Shown: positions 1-8,469, counted from the first letter of the stretch. The stretch: DNA of 12,209 nucleotides from a virus (IMGVR_UViG_2547132415_000021:1-12209); one strand, 5' to 3'. Numbers and translations: made by a program. The notes: generated from the sequence alone by a model not told the origin.

Positions 1-1362
1 ATGTTTAAACCGGAACTCCTTTCCCCGGCGGGAACGCTGAAAAATATGCGTTACGCTTTCGCTTATGGCGCAGATGCTGTTTATGCGGGCCAGCCGCGTT
101 ACTCCCTGCGTGTGCGCAACAACGAATTCAACCACGAAAATCTTCAGCTCGGCATCAATGAAGCCCACGCGCTGGGGAAAAAGTTTTATGTCGTGGTCAA
201 CATTGCACCGCACAACGCCAAGCTGAAAACCTTTATCCGTGACCTGAAACCGGTGGTGGAAATGGGGCCGGATGCGCTGATTATGTCCGATCCAGGGCTG
301 ATTATGCTGGTGCGTGAGCACTTCCCTGAAATGCCGATCCACCTCTCGGTGCAGGCTAACGCCGTAAACTGGGCGACGGTGAAATTCTGGCAGCAAATGG
401 GCCTGACCCGCGTGATCCTCTCTCGCGAGCTGTCGCTGGAAGAGATTGAAGAGATCCGCAATCAGGTGCCGGATATGGAGATCGAGATCTTCGTTCACGG
501 CGCACTGTGCATGGCCTACTCCGGTCGCTGCCTGCTCTCTGGCTATATCAACAAGCGCGATCCGAACCAGGGTACCTGCACCAACGCCTGCCGCTGGGAG
601 TACAACGTCCAGGAAGGGAAAGAAGATGACGTTGGCAACATCGTACACAAGTACGAGCCGATTCCGGTGCAAAATGTTGAGCCGACGCTGGGTATCGGCG
701 CGCCAACCGACAAAGTGTTTATGATCGAAGAAGCCCAGCGTCCGGGCGAGTATATGACCGCGTTTGAAGATGAGCACGGCACTTACATCATGAACTCGAA
801 AGATCTGCGCGCCATCGCCCATGTAGAACGCCTGACCAAAATGGGCGTGCATTCGCTGAAAATCGAAGGCCGTACTAAATCTTTCTACTATTGCGCACGC
901 ACCGCACAGGTTTACCGTAAAGCTATCGATGACGCCGCTGCGGGCAAACCGTTCGATACCAGCCTGCTGGAAACTCTGGAAGGTCTGGCGCATCGTGGCT
1001 ATACCGAAGGTTTCCTGCGTCGTCATACTCACGACGATTATCAGAACTACGAATACGGTTATTCAGTTTCTGACCGCCAGCAGTTTGTTGGTGAGTTTAC
1101 CGGTGAGCGCAAGGGGGACCTCGCGGCGGTAGCGGTGAAAAATAAATTCTCCGTTGGCGACAGCCTTGAGCTGATGACGCCGCAAGGCAACATTAACTTT
1201 ACCCTTGAGCACATGGAAAACGCCAAAGGTGAAGCGATGCCGGTCGCACCAGGCGATGGTTATACTGTGTGGCTCCCGGTCCCGCAGGATCTTGAGCTCA
1301 ATTACGCTCTGCTGATGCGTAATTTCTCCGGGGAAACCACGCGTAACCCACACGGTAAGTGA
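1..1362 (+). CDS. yegQ: U32-family peptidase-like protein YegQ (also called TrhP, tRNA hydroxylation), 453 aa, apparently complete
   Basis: ORF starts with ATG at position 1 and runs 453 codons to a stop. The protein is recognisable by recall as E. coli YegQ, including the CxxxC-containing region (GALCMAYSGRCLLSGY, TCTNACRWEY) typical of U32 proteins. The gene sits immediately upstream of cyaR as in E. coli K-12. Confidence 0.9.
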   Translation: MFKPELLSPAGTLKNMRYAFAYGADAVYAGQPRYSLRVRNNEFNHENLQLGINEAHALGKKFYVVVNIAPHNAKLKTFIRDLKPVVEMGPDALIMSDPGLIMLVREHFPEMPIHLSVQANAVNWATVKFWQQMGLTRVILSRELSLEEIEEIRNQVPDMEIEIFVHGALCMAYSGRCLLSGYINKRDPNQGTCTNACRWEYNVQEGKEDDVGNIVHKYEPIPVQNVEPTLGIGAPTDKVFMIEEAQRPGEYMTAFEDEHGTYIMNSKDLRAIAHVERLTKMGVHSLKIEGRTKSFYYCARTAQVYRKAIDDAAAGKPFDTSLLETLEGLAHRGYTEGFLRRHTHDDYQNYEYGYSVSDRQQFVGEFTGERKGDLAAVAVKNKFSVGDSLELMTPQGNINFTLEHMENAKGEAMPVAPGDGYTVWLPVPQDLELNYALLMRNFSGETTRNPHGK

Positions 1363-1392
1363 TTAATTTCGATTATTTTTCCCGGATGGAAA

Positions 1393-1439
1393 ATTCTTAG
1401 AAACCGATCACATACAGCTGCATTTATTAAGGTTATCAT
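1393..1439 (+). promoter_or_regulatory. Putative cyaR promoter: CRP half-site TCACA (1408-1412) centred about 42 bp upstream of the sRNA 5' end, and a -10-like TATCAT (1434-1439)
   Basis: Seen in sequence: TCACA at 1408-1412 with an imperfect partner half-site TTAGA at 1397-1401, and TATCAT 8-13 bp upstream of the predicted cyaR start at 1447. Established knowledge: CyaR is CRP-activated. The left half-site is a poor match, so the exact site is uncertain. Confidence 0.4.
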
Positions 1440-1446
1440 CCGTTTC

Positions 1447-1533
1447 GCTGAAAAACATAACCCATAAAATGCTAGCTGTACCAGGAACCACCTCCTTAGC
1501 CTGTGTAATCTCCCTTACACGGGCTTATTTTTT
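1447..1533 (+). ncRNA. cyaR: CyaR (RyeE) Hfq-dependent small RNA, 87 nt, ending in its intrinsic terminator
   Basis: The sequence gctgaaaaacataacccataaaatgctagctgtaccaggaaccacctccttagcctgtgtaatctcccttacacgggcttatttttt matches my recollection of E. coli CyaR. It ends in a CCC..GGG hairpin followed by a T6 run, and lies between yegQ and ogr as in K-12. Confidence 0.8.
1507..1533. other. P2-type attachment core (attR), 27 bp, coinciding with the 3' end of cyaR
   Basis: Positions 1507-1533 read aatctcccttacacgggcttatttttt. Its reverse complement AAAAAATAAGCCCGTGTAAGGGAGATT is what I recall as the 27-bp P2 att core, and ogr (the gene next to attR in a P2 prophage) follows immediately. Recall-based; needs alignment to P2 attP. 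Confidence 0.5.
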
Positions 1534-1596
1534 ACGTACAACAAATTGAAATAAAAGGATTTATTTCTGGTCACGTCCACATATTGACCACATCGA

Positions 1597-1621
1597 CAAA
1601 AAAGCCCCTCGACTGAGGGGC
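1597..1621 (-). terminator. Rho-independent terminator downstream of ogr (minus strand)
   Basis: Hairpin gcccctc-gact-gaggggc at 1604-1621. On the minus strand it is followed by a T6 run (the plus-strand A-run at 1598-1603), about 14 nt after the ogr stop codon. Confidence 0.6.
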
Positions 1622-1634
1622 TTCCTGTTTCTAA

Positions 1635-1853
1635 TTACATCCACATAATTTGCTGCCCTGACGGCAACGGGTGCGGCCTTACGGCGTGGACTTCTCCCGG
1701 CTTCACGATGTATCGCTGCACCGACTCATAAGTGATGAACGTGGCGCTGCAATTCACGTTCTGGCACTGGTGATAACGCTCTTTTGTCGTGTCAGTGATA
1801 TAGCGACTTGTACGCGCATGTGCGGCATGCTGGCATAAAGGACAATGAAACAT
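1635..1853 (-). CDS. ogr: Ogr, P2 late-gene transcriptional activator (C4 zinc-finger), 72 aa
   Basis: Protein MFHCPLCQHAAHARTSRYITDTTKERYHQCQNVNCSATF... has the CxxC...CxxC zinc-finger pattern and matches my recollection of P2 Ogr/OgrK. The start at 1853 is preferred over the upstream in-frame ATG at 1916 because a strong SD (aagaggtg) sits about 7 nt upstream of 1853 and Ogr is 72 aa. Confidence 0.9.
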   Translation of the reverse strand: MFHCPLCQHAAHARTSRYITDTTKERYHQCQNVNCSATFITYESVQRYIVKPGEVHAVRPHPLPSGQQIMWM

Positions 1854-1934
1854 CGCGAGCACCTCTTCCGGTTTTGTTGATGGTGCCATTTTAGTTAATT
1901 TATCCTTATAAAACAAACAGATAAAACAAAAACA

Positions 1935-3098
1935 TCACTCATCACCTTCGGTTTCGTACTCCACATCAGAAAGCCTGACCTCAAGCTCCAAGGACGTCGT
2001 GAAGCCGCTATTATTCAGAAAATGTGTCACCTTAGTGATTGTCCAGTCCTGCTCGTCTATGACGCGCTTAAAGCCTGACACTTTGACCGGCGTTTCCGTG
2101 TAAATATCTGCCCGACCGGTAGCCAGGCTGATGGAGAACTCCGCAACGCCCCGTTGCAGTTTATCCCACTTCGCCTGAGCGGCGCGCATGGCCTGCGCTT
2201 TCGTGGCATATACCGTGGTCAGGGCAAAAACATTGTCAGCCTCACCGGCCATGTATTCACCTTCGCGCGCTTCCGGTACTTTTGACGCTTTCTTCTGCGT
2301 GACCGGTTTCGCTTTCGGGTGCTCCAGTGCGCGCAGGTGTTTCTCTTTCTTTTTGCGTTTCAGTTTTACCTTCTGCTTTTGCGGCTTCGGGTCTTTGGTG
2401 TGTAACCACTTTGCCGTTACGCCTGTGTAGGCTCCACGGTCAGCAATCGCAAAATGATGACGGTCGCCGTCGCTGCGGGTGATGGTAATCTGCGGGATTT
2501 TTTTACCGCTGGCCGTCACCCCCTGCCCCGCTTTGAGAAACAGCAGTTTTCCCATTTTTACCGACACCTCACCGCCGTTGCGTTCAGCAAGACGGGTCAG
2601 GAATTTCGCATCGGACTCCTGCGACTGGTCGATGTGCGGGATTTTAATTCCGGCCAGTGACGGAGCGACACTGGCTTTCAGCCTGTTACGGGAGGCTATC
2701 TCCTCAACAATCGCACCGAGCGTGGTGTCATGCCAGGAGCCTTCACGGCGGGAATTGAGCGTCCCGCGAAAATCTGCACTCCGGGCGCGGATGGTAACCA
2801 CATCCGGCGCGCCCCGGTGTTCAACCTCATCAACGGTAAATTTCCCTTTGCATACCAGGGCAAAACCTTTCCAGCCGATATACACCGTCAGGACAGCGCC
2901 ACGAACCGGCAGCCCGACCTGCCCGTCGGCATCGTTCAGTTCAATATCAAGCTGGTCAGCCTCAAAGCCCCGGTTATCCGTCAGGGTCATGCTCATCAGA
3001 CGGTCGCTGATATTGCCGGTAATATCCCTGCTGTCGAGCATCAGCATGTAATCCGGCGTCAGCGTACTGCCTGCATCAAATGTCAGCGCATCCGGCAT
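1935..3098 (-). CDS. D: P2 gpD-like tail protein (phage late control D family), 387 aa
   Basis: 387-aa ORF in the position and order of P2 D, between U and ogr. Its start ATG overlaps the U stop (TAATG at 3096-3100). Full length, unlike the truncated yegZ remnant of K-12. Confidence 0.88.
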   Translation of the reverse strand: MPDALTFDAGSTLTPDYMLMLDSRDITGNISDRLMSMTLTDNRGFEADQLDIELNDADGQVGLPVRGAVLTVYIGWKGFALVCKGKFTVDEVEHRGAPDVVTIRARSADFRGTLNSRREGSWHDTTLGAIVEEIASRNRLKASVAPSLAGIKIPHIDQSQESDAKFLTRLAERNGGEVSVKMGKLLFLKAGQGVTASGKKIPQITITRSDGDRHHFAIADRGAYTGVTAKWLHTKDPKPQKQKVKLKRKKKEKHLRALEHPKAKPVTQKKASKVPEAREGEYMAGEADNVFALTTVYATKAQAMRAAQAKWDKLQRGVAEFSISLATGRADIYTETPVKVSGFKRVIDEQDWTITKVTHFLNNSGFTTSLELEVRLSDVEYETEGDE

Positions 3099-3577
3099 TA
3101 TCCCGCCCCCGTCATACCTGTGAATCTGGTCGCCATACTGCCGGCCTTACCGATGAGCGATTCCGCCTGTTTACCGATATCGCCATAAAGCGCGGCCAGT
3201 GATTCATCAACGCGGGTGAGCGACAGCGTAAAATCAATTTTCCGGGGTGTGCCGTCTGCAAAGAAAATACTCCCTGTTTCACTCACCTTACTGATGACAT
3301 ACATGCCGTAAATCATGCCGGTGCCATCCAGCAACGGCCACGCCCGACCTTCCTCTGCCATCAGCCTGAGCGTGGTCATCGTCAGCTTGCCGCCGGTCAG
3401 TTCGGGATAAAGCACACCGGCCAGCGTGATGTTTTCCTCACCCACACCGAGAAACTGAAAGGCATCCCGTTTGCCGATACGGGAATTTGACGGCCAGCGA
3501 TAATCTGATTCACGCTGCATGGTCTGGTGTGGCAGCGTCTGGCGCATAAAAACAAACATACCTAACGCGAGCATCAT
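3098..3577 (-). CDS. U: P2 gpU-like tail protein, 159 aa
   Basis: 159-aa ORF between T and D. A strong SD (ggaggtg) lies 7 nt upstream of the ATG at 3577 and overlaps the T stop codon. Confidence 0.85.
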   Translation of the reverse strand: MMLALGMFVFMRQTLPHQTMQRESDYRWPSNSRIGKRDAFQFLGVGEENITLAGVLYPELTGGKLTMTTLRLMAEEGRAWPLLDGTGMIYGMYVISKVSETGSIFFADGTPRKIDFTLSLTRVDESLAALYGDIGKQAESLIGKAGSMATRFTGMTGAG

Positions 3578-3591
3578 TTTTCGTCACCTCC

Positions 3592-6039
3592 TTAACCGTC
3601 ATGCATCATGCTGGCACGGGCGCGCGCACGTTTATCCCGCTCGTATTTTTCGAGTGCATCCTGTAACTGGCGGTCGAGCTGTGTCCCCGGCGCAGTACCA
3701 CCCGTCAGGCTGATGTGATATTCGTTTTTACTCTGGTCCACATAAGAGCGGCCAGCCGGTGCCGTAACCGGCTGATAAGCCTGATAGCCTGCATAAGAGC
3801 TGGTCGCCGGAATATAACCACCGCTGCCATACGTGGTGGCTTGAGTTCTGGCGGCGGTCTGGTCAAGTGTGTCTGACTCTTTGTTGATAACACCGAGTTT
3901 TTCCAGTACCCAGTCAATTCCGCTGCGCAGTTTGTTGAACGCATTAAGCGGCAGCATCAGCGCGTCAGCCAGTGCCTGCCCGAACATGACGCCAGTATCA
4001 CGGCAACGGTTCAGGGTGTCCTGGGTGGCTTTGACCGGGGCAATCAGGTTTTTAAACCACTGCCACGCGGCCTGTAACTTTTCGCCCAGCCAGTCAAACA
4101 CCGGCTTAAGTGGCGTGAACAGTTCCCCCACCGGCGCAAATGCCGCTTTCAGCCCTTCCATCACACCGCCAAAGAATGCGCTGACAGGCTCCCAGTATTT
4201 ACGGATAAGCAACGCCCCGGCGACAATGGTGGCCACCACGGCCACAACCGGCCAGCTAATCGCCCCGATGGCGGTCATAACAGCACTGCCAACCGTCGTG
4301 AAGACTGCCCCCATTGCGCCTGCTGCCGCGATGATGGCATTAATGCCGGTGATAACCGGCCAGGCTACAAGACCAATTGCACCGATGATGCCAGTAAGCG
4401 CCAGTGCGCCACCGACAATGAGGCCGATGGTTGACGCCAGTGATTTGTTTTTCTTGATCCAGCCGTCGAGTTTTAACACATACTTTGTGGCCGTCTGAGT
4501 GAGCTTACGCAGCGCGCCTTCCTGCTGGTCAAACAGGTCAGTCCCCACCGCCTCATAAGCGGACTGAAACTCCTTAAAGTCACCGCCGAGGTTGTCCTGC
4601 ATGATATTTACCAGCTCGGCGGTCTTCCCGTCTGAGGCTTTAAACGCAGCGGTCAGTTTGTCCAGCTTTCCGGTTGAGGCGGCAGTCATCAACACGGCGG
4701 CGGCTGAGCTGGCCTCCTCCCCGAAAATAGTTTTCATGTATTCAGCCTGCTGGGCAGTACCGAGCCGGTTTTTCTCAAAACTGGCCTGCATTTCTTTCAG
4801 AATGGTAAATACTGGTCGAGTATTCCCTTTACTGTCTGAGGTTTTCACGCCAAGCTCTTTCAGTGCATCCCATGCTTTTCCCGTCGGTGCCTGCAGGCGG
4901 CTTAACACGGCACGGCTTCCCGTCCCCGCCATTGAACCGGTAATTTTTGCATCATGCAGCGCCCCGACCATTGCGGCGGTTTCTTCAATGCTGACACCAG
5001 CATTTTTTGCCACAGGTGCGGCATAGGTCAGCGCATCGCTCATGCCATCAAAATCGGCGGCGGTTTTGTTCATCGTCATGGAGAGAACATCCCCGATATG
5101 AGCAACCTTATCGTTTGAAAGCTGAAAGGCGGATTTCATCCCCATCAGCAGGGCGGCGTTTTCTTCCATCGTGCGACGGTTCGCCAGCGCCATATTCAGC
5201 GTGACCGGCGTTGCCGCCTGAATGGCATCAACATCCCCACCGGCTTTCGCAATAATAATCTGCGCACCGGCTGCATCATCTGCCGAGGCTGCGGTATTGT
5301 CGCCGAGCTGGCGCGCCTGCTTGCGTAGTGCAGCCATTTCGGCGGAGTCTTTTGCCACACCGAGCACAGCCTGCAATTCTGAGTTTTTCTGCGCAAACTC
5401 ATAACCGGGCATCAGCAACTTAACTCCGGCCATCGTTCCCGCAGCAGCAATCCCCACACCGGCAGCGCCCACTGAGGCCATATTTCCGGCCAGTTCCTTT
5501 CCGGCCTGATAACGCTGTTTTACTGCGTTAAGTTTTGCCTGTTGTGCACTGACACGCGCCAGCGCGTCACGCTGACGGTTAAGCTGTGCGGTGGTTTCAC
5601 TGATACGGTTTTTCAGTCCCTGCTCATCATGTGCAAGATTGCGGGTATTAATTCCCACAGCGGCCAGTTCCCGCTGCTGGCGTTTAATGGAATCTGTCAG
5701 GCGGTTATATTTCGCCTGTAAGTCCTCCGCCGCACGCTTTGCGGATTCCAGCACTTTCGCCTGAGCACGGGTCGGACGTTCAGTGTTTTTAAACTGTGTG
5801 GCAAGGGCTTCGGCTTCCTGCCGTGCCTTTTCAAGTGCATGACCAGTCACGGCAAGCTGTGCGCTGGTCTTGCGAAATCCCTCAATACGGGATGCGTGAC
5901 CGTTCAGCTCGCGCAGTGATTTTTGTGTTTCCCGGATATCCCCCGACAGCGACTTACTCGCTGTACGGATGGATTTAAACGGGCGGGATGCCTGGTCAAC
6001 AGCCCTGAGCAATACCTGTAATTTTACATTGTTACTCAT
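3592..6039 (-). CDS. T: Tail tape measure protein (P2 gpT-like), 815 aa
   Basis: 815-aa ORF with a long Ala/Gln-rich, coiled-coil-like N-terminal half and hydrophobic Gly/Ala-rich segments, typical of tape measure proteins. It lies immediately downstream of the E/E' frameshift chaperone pair, and its start overlaps the E' stop. Confidence 0.9.
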   Translation of the reverse strand: MSNNVKLQVLLRAVDQASRPFKSIRTASKSLSGDIRETQKSLRELNGHASRIEGFRKTSAQLAVTGHALEKARQEAEALATQFKNTERPTRAQAKVLESAKRAAEDLQAKYNRLTDSIKRQQRELAAVGINTRNLAHDEQGLKNRISETTAQLNRQRDALARVSAQQAKLNAVKQRYQAGKELAGNMASVGAAGVGIAAAGTMAGVKLLMPGYEFAQKNSELQAVLGVAKDSAEMAALRKQARQLGDNTAASADDAAGAQIIIAKAGGDVDAIQAATPVTLNMALANRRTMEENAALLMGMKSAFQLSNDKVAHIGDVLSMTMNKTAADFDGMSDALTYAAPVAKNAGVSIEETAAMVGALHDAKITGSMAGTGSRAVLSRLQAPTGKAWDALKELGVKTSDSKGNTRPVFTILKEMQASFEKNRLGTAQQAEYMKTIFGEEASSAAAVLMTAASTGKLDKLTAAFKASDGKTAELVNIMQDNLGGDFKEFQSAYEAVGTDLFDQQEGALRKLTQTATKYVLKLDGWIKKNKSLASTIGLIVGGALALTGIIGAIGLVAWPVITGINAIIAAAGAMGAVFTTVGSAVMTAIGAISWPVVAVVATIVAGALLIRKYWEPVSAFFGGVMEGLKAAFAPVGELFTPLKPVFDWLGEKLQAAWQWFKNLIAPVKATQDTLNRCRDTGVMFGQALADALMLPLNAFNKLRSGIDWVLEKLGVINKESDTLDQTAARTQATTYGSGGYIPATSSYAGYQAYQPVTAPAGRSYVDQSKNEYHISLTGGTAPGTQLDRQLQDALEKYERDKRARARASMMHDG

Positions 6040-6459
6040 TCGTGTTTCCGCTTCGCCGGAGCGCCTTTTCGCGCCATGTGATGAGTTCGGTCAGGCTCAT
6101 GGGATACAGTTCTGATGGCGGCCAGTGAAATATCACTGCCACATCCGCCATCAGGTCATCGACCGACAGATTTTTCGGGAACGTTACTGCACCGAGTTCG
6201 GCGACAAAAAACCGACCACCTTACCGGCCAGCGCCACAAGGTCAGGCAGTTCCAGCGCGGCGACTTCCTGCTCGGTCAGCATCGGTGCCGTCATGCGCGG
6301 CAGCACCTTAATCAGTGCATCGACTTCGGAGTTCGCGACCGCTGCCAGACTGACACCGCGCAGCGTCCCGGCACTGGGTTTCATCAGCGTGACCTGTTCG
6401 ATAACCTGCTCACCACGTTTGACCGGATTGTCCAGGGTAATGACGTTTTCTTTGTTCAT
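6032..6459 (-). CDS. E+E': gpE+E' tail assembly chaperone made by programmed -1 ribosomal frameshift (142 aa predicted)
   Basis: Hand translation: after a -1 slip on the heptamer T-TTT-TTG (minus strand, 6205-6211) the reading frame continues ...GFFVAELGAVTFPKNLSVDDLMADVAVIFHWPPSELYPMSLTELITWREKALRRSGNTNE to a stop at 6032-6034. That gives 142 aa, the length I recall for P2 E+E'. Confidence 0.75.
6184..6459 (-). CDS. E: gpE tail assembly chaperone (zero-frame product), 91 aa
   Basis: 91-aa ORF directly upstream of T. It contains the slippery heptamer near its 3' end, the arrangement analogous to lambda G/GT and conserved in P2. Confidence 0.85.
   Translation of the reverse strand: MNKENVITLDNPVKRGEQVIEQVTLMKPSAGTLRGVSLAAVANSEVDALIKVLPRMTAPMLTEQEVAALELPDLVALAGKVVGFLSPNSVQ
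6205..6211 (-). promoter_or_regulatory. Slippery heptanucleotide TTTTTTG, the -1 programmed frameshift site of E/E'
   Basis: Minus-strand sequence ggt-ttt-ttg at codons 83-85 of E. The -1 frame downstream is open for 57 further codons and ends overlapping the T start. Confidence 0.7.
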
Positions 6460-6515
6460 GGTTTTCTCACTTCTGAATCGTGGTTAACCGGTCAGCCAGG
6501 CTGACCGGATGAAAA

Positions 6516-7034
6516 TCACAGGCCGATATTGCGGCGGTGTTGCTCCAGCCGGTCGACGCCGTTCACCTTCTCAATCATGTTGATGGTGTCGATTTCGACC
6601 AGCTCCTTACCGTCCATCGTCAGCCGGAAATAGGTGCAGACCACGGAGATTTTCGACTCGGTGTCTTCTCCCTGTTTACCCTCGCCGGTGTCGATTTCTT
6701 TCTGACGTCCACGCATGACCACCTCGACGGCCACCGTTTCGCCGGTATCGTCGCGCTGGTAAGAGCCTGCAAAACGAATCGGCACAGCATCCACACCGGT
6801 TGCGGCGTAAAGCTCCCAGATAACCGAATCCGGGAAGCCCCCGAGCGACCACTCCATTGACAGCGCATCGTCATCAAGGCCGAGGTCTACCGGTGCGCTG
6901 CCGTTCATCCCCGCACCGCGATAGTTTTCGAGCTTACGGGTCAGTTTTGGCAGCGTGACGGACTTTGCAACGCCCTGATAGCTGTAGCCGTTCAGAAAGA
7001 CGTTCATTAACTTGAGTTTGCGCGGCATTGCCAT
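6516..7034 (-). CDS. FII: Tail tube protein (P2 gpFII-like), 172 aa
   Basis: 172-aa ORF immediately downstream of the sheath gene. SD aaggag lies 8 nt upstream of the ATG at 7034. Order and length match P2 FII. Confidence 0.9.
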   Translation of the reverse strand: MAMPRKLKLMNVFLNGYSYQGVAKSVTLPKLTRKLENYRGAGMNGSAPVDLGLDDDALSMEWSLGGFPDSVIWELYAATGVDAVPIRFAGSYQRDDTGETVAVEVVMRGRQKEIDTGEGKQGEDTESKISVVCTYFRLTMDGKELVEIDTINMIEKVNGVDRLEQHRRNIGL

Positions 7035-7046
7035 CGGTCAGGCTCC

Positions 7047-8237
7047 TTAATTGCTGTTAACCGAGGTGACCAGATTTGCCAGATATTTATCGGTAATACG
7101 CTGGCGCAGGGTCAGGTTTTCGAGAGGAGGCACCGGGGTATAGTCGTAGTCGATATACAGTTTTCCGGCCTTGAGGGTTTCCGCATCGTTGGATTCTTCG
7201 CTGAACCAGCAGGTCGCATCCACGATATAGCCGTTTGTTTTCAGCTCACGGAATTTGGCATTGATGCCGTCAACGATGTCGCGAATCAGCGTTGCGGTGA
7301 TGGGCTTGTCCACCGCCCACATGTGCGCCTCAGCCATCGTGTCGGCCAGCACCTGCGCGGTGCGGGTGTAGTTTTCAAAGAGGAACAGCGGGTCATCGGA
7401 GCAGGTACGGTTACCCCAGAAGCGGAAACCGTCGCGGCGAATCAGCGTTGTGACGCCTGACTCGTTAAGCAGGTCAGCATCGGTGCCGGACTCCTGCAAA
7501 TCCCAGAATACAGATGCGCTGATGCCGGTAACACCGTTCACCCCGACATTGGACAGCGTTTTATGCCAGCCCTGCTCTTGGTCGATTTTAGCGCGCAGAC
7601 CCAGCGCACGGGCGGTGGCATACGCGGTGGCGGTGGTGCTGCTGACCGTATCCCATGCGAGGAAATCCGGCCAGATGACCATCAGCTCACGCTGGCTGAA
7701 ATTCTGGCGGTAGGCTTTCACCTCGGAAATGGTTTTGCAGCCCCATGCGCTGATATACCCGAAAGCGCGCAGCTTCTGACAGACTGATGCCAGTGCAACA
7801 GCAACCTCTTTGGTGTCCAGTCCCGGCACGCCGAGAATACGCGGTTTAACACCGGTTACCGACTCCGCCGCCAGCAGGGCTTTCAGTCCGGTGTACTGAC
7901 CGTTTTCGTCGGTGGTGCCGATGATATTGGAAACGGTCTGCGCGAGTTTCGTTTCCTCGTCTTCGCCGGTGCCGTCTTCCACACGCACGACAACGGTGAC
8001 CGGTTTTGACTGGTCGGCGATAGCCTGCAACGATGCCGCCAGCGTGCCTTTTTTACCGGCCTTTGCAATCGCGCTCTGCACATTGGTAATCAGCACCGGT
8101 TTATTGAGGGGGAAGATTTCCGCATCCGCATCGCTGGCCGTGCAGACCATGCCGACAATGGCCGTGGATACAGTGGAAATGACACGGGTGCCGTCGTTAA
8201 TCTCCAGCACCTGCACGCCGTGATGATAGTCACTCAT
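7047..8237 (-). CDS. FI: Contractile tail sheath protein (P2 gpFI-like), 396 aa
   Basis: 396-aa ORF, first gene of the FI-FII-E-T-U-D block. Length and position match P2 FI. Confidence 0.9.
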   Translation of the reverse strand: MSDYHHGVQVLEINDGTRVISTVSTAIVGMVCTASDADAEIFPLNKPVLITNVQSAIAKAGKKGTLAASLQAIADQSKPVTVVVRVEDGTGEDEETKLAQTVSNIIGTTDENGQYTGLKALLAAESVTGVKPRILGVPGLDTKEVAVALASVCQKLRAFGYISAWGCKTISEVKAYRQNFSQRELMVIWPDFLAWDTVSSTTATAYATARALGLRAKIDQEQGWHKTLSNVGVNGVTGISASVFWDLQESGTDADLLNESGVTTLIRRDGFRFWGNRTCSDDPLFLFENYTRTAQVLADTMAEAHMWAVDKPITATLIRDIVDGINAKFRELKTNGYIVDATCWFSEESNDAETLKAGKLYIDYDYTPVPPLENLTLRQRITDKYLANLVTSVNSN

Positions 8238-8332
8238 CCGTTTAACTCCGTGGTTAATGGGTGCAACTATTTTCTGTTGGGCAGTGCATGAGACGCTATT
8301 TGACCTGACTGGTCAGTGGATGAAACAACAGA
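8238..8332 (-). promoter_or_regulatory. Putative late promoter region upstream of FI (PF-like), containing the dyad TGACC-N5-GGTCA at 8301-8315
   Basis: Seen: an inverted repeat tgacctgactggtca centred about 71 bp upstream of the FI ATG. Established knowledge: P2 late operons start at Ogr-dependent promoters with an upstream dyad. I could not find a clean match to the TGT-N12-ACA element I recall, so this is tentative. Confidence 0.3.
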
Positions 8333-8364
8333 TAAAGAAAAGGCGGGCAATCAGATTGCCTGCC
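8333..8364 (-). terminator. Rho-independent terminator ending the cargo/upstream transcript ahead of the FI promoter
   Basis: 10-bp stem ggcgggcaat/attgcctgcc (one G-U pair) with loop cag at 8342-8364. On the minus strand it is followed by TTTTCTTTAT. Confidence 0.5.
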
Positions 8365-8469
8365 TTGATTTGTGCTCACTCATTTTCCGACTGACAGTTT
8401 ACATAGCCAAAACGCTATCAAATCTGACAGCCTGCTTTGAGCGAGGAACGGACTAAATGCTCATCTCAG

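Noticed and set aside
186-1353. Short ORFs on both strands inside yegQ (186..461, 446..724, 543..782, 929..1132, 1063..1353)
   Set aside because: They are fully embedded in or antisense to the recognisable 453-aa yegQ coding sequence and have no independent support.
1635-1916. 93-aa version of the ogr ORF starting at the upstream in-frame ATG (1916)
   Set aside because: A strong SD (aagaggtg) precedes the internal ATG at 1853, and the 72-aa product MFHCPLCQ... matches Ogr as recalled. The upstream extension has no RBS and lies in the D-ogr intergenic region.
2188-5404. Multiple plus-strand ORFs of 60-209 aa (for example 2479..3051, 2730..3188, 3869..4498, 4592..5026) overlapping D, U and T
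   Set aside because: They are antisense to long, well-supported minus-strand tail genes in GC-rich sequence, where spurious open frames are common. Their products are low-complexity and Pro/Ala/Ser/Arg-rich.
6115-6877. Plus-strand ORFs 6115..6504, 6125..6487, 6537..6860 and minus-strand 6620..6877
   Set aside because: They overlap E/E' and FII in alternative frames. The real alternative-frame product in this region is the -1 frameshifted E' on the minus strand, which is already annotated.
7450-8223. ORFs 7450..7713, 7563..7787, 7912..8223 (plus strand) and 7883..8083 (minus strand) within FI
   Set aside because: They are embedded in the sheath gene in other frames, with no RBS support and low-complexity translations.
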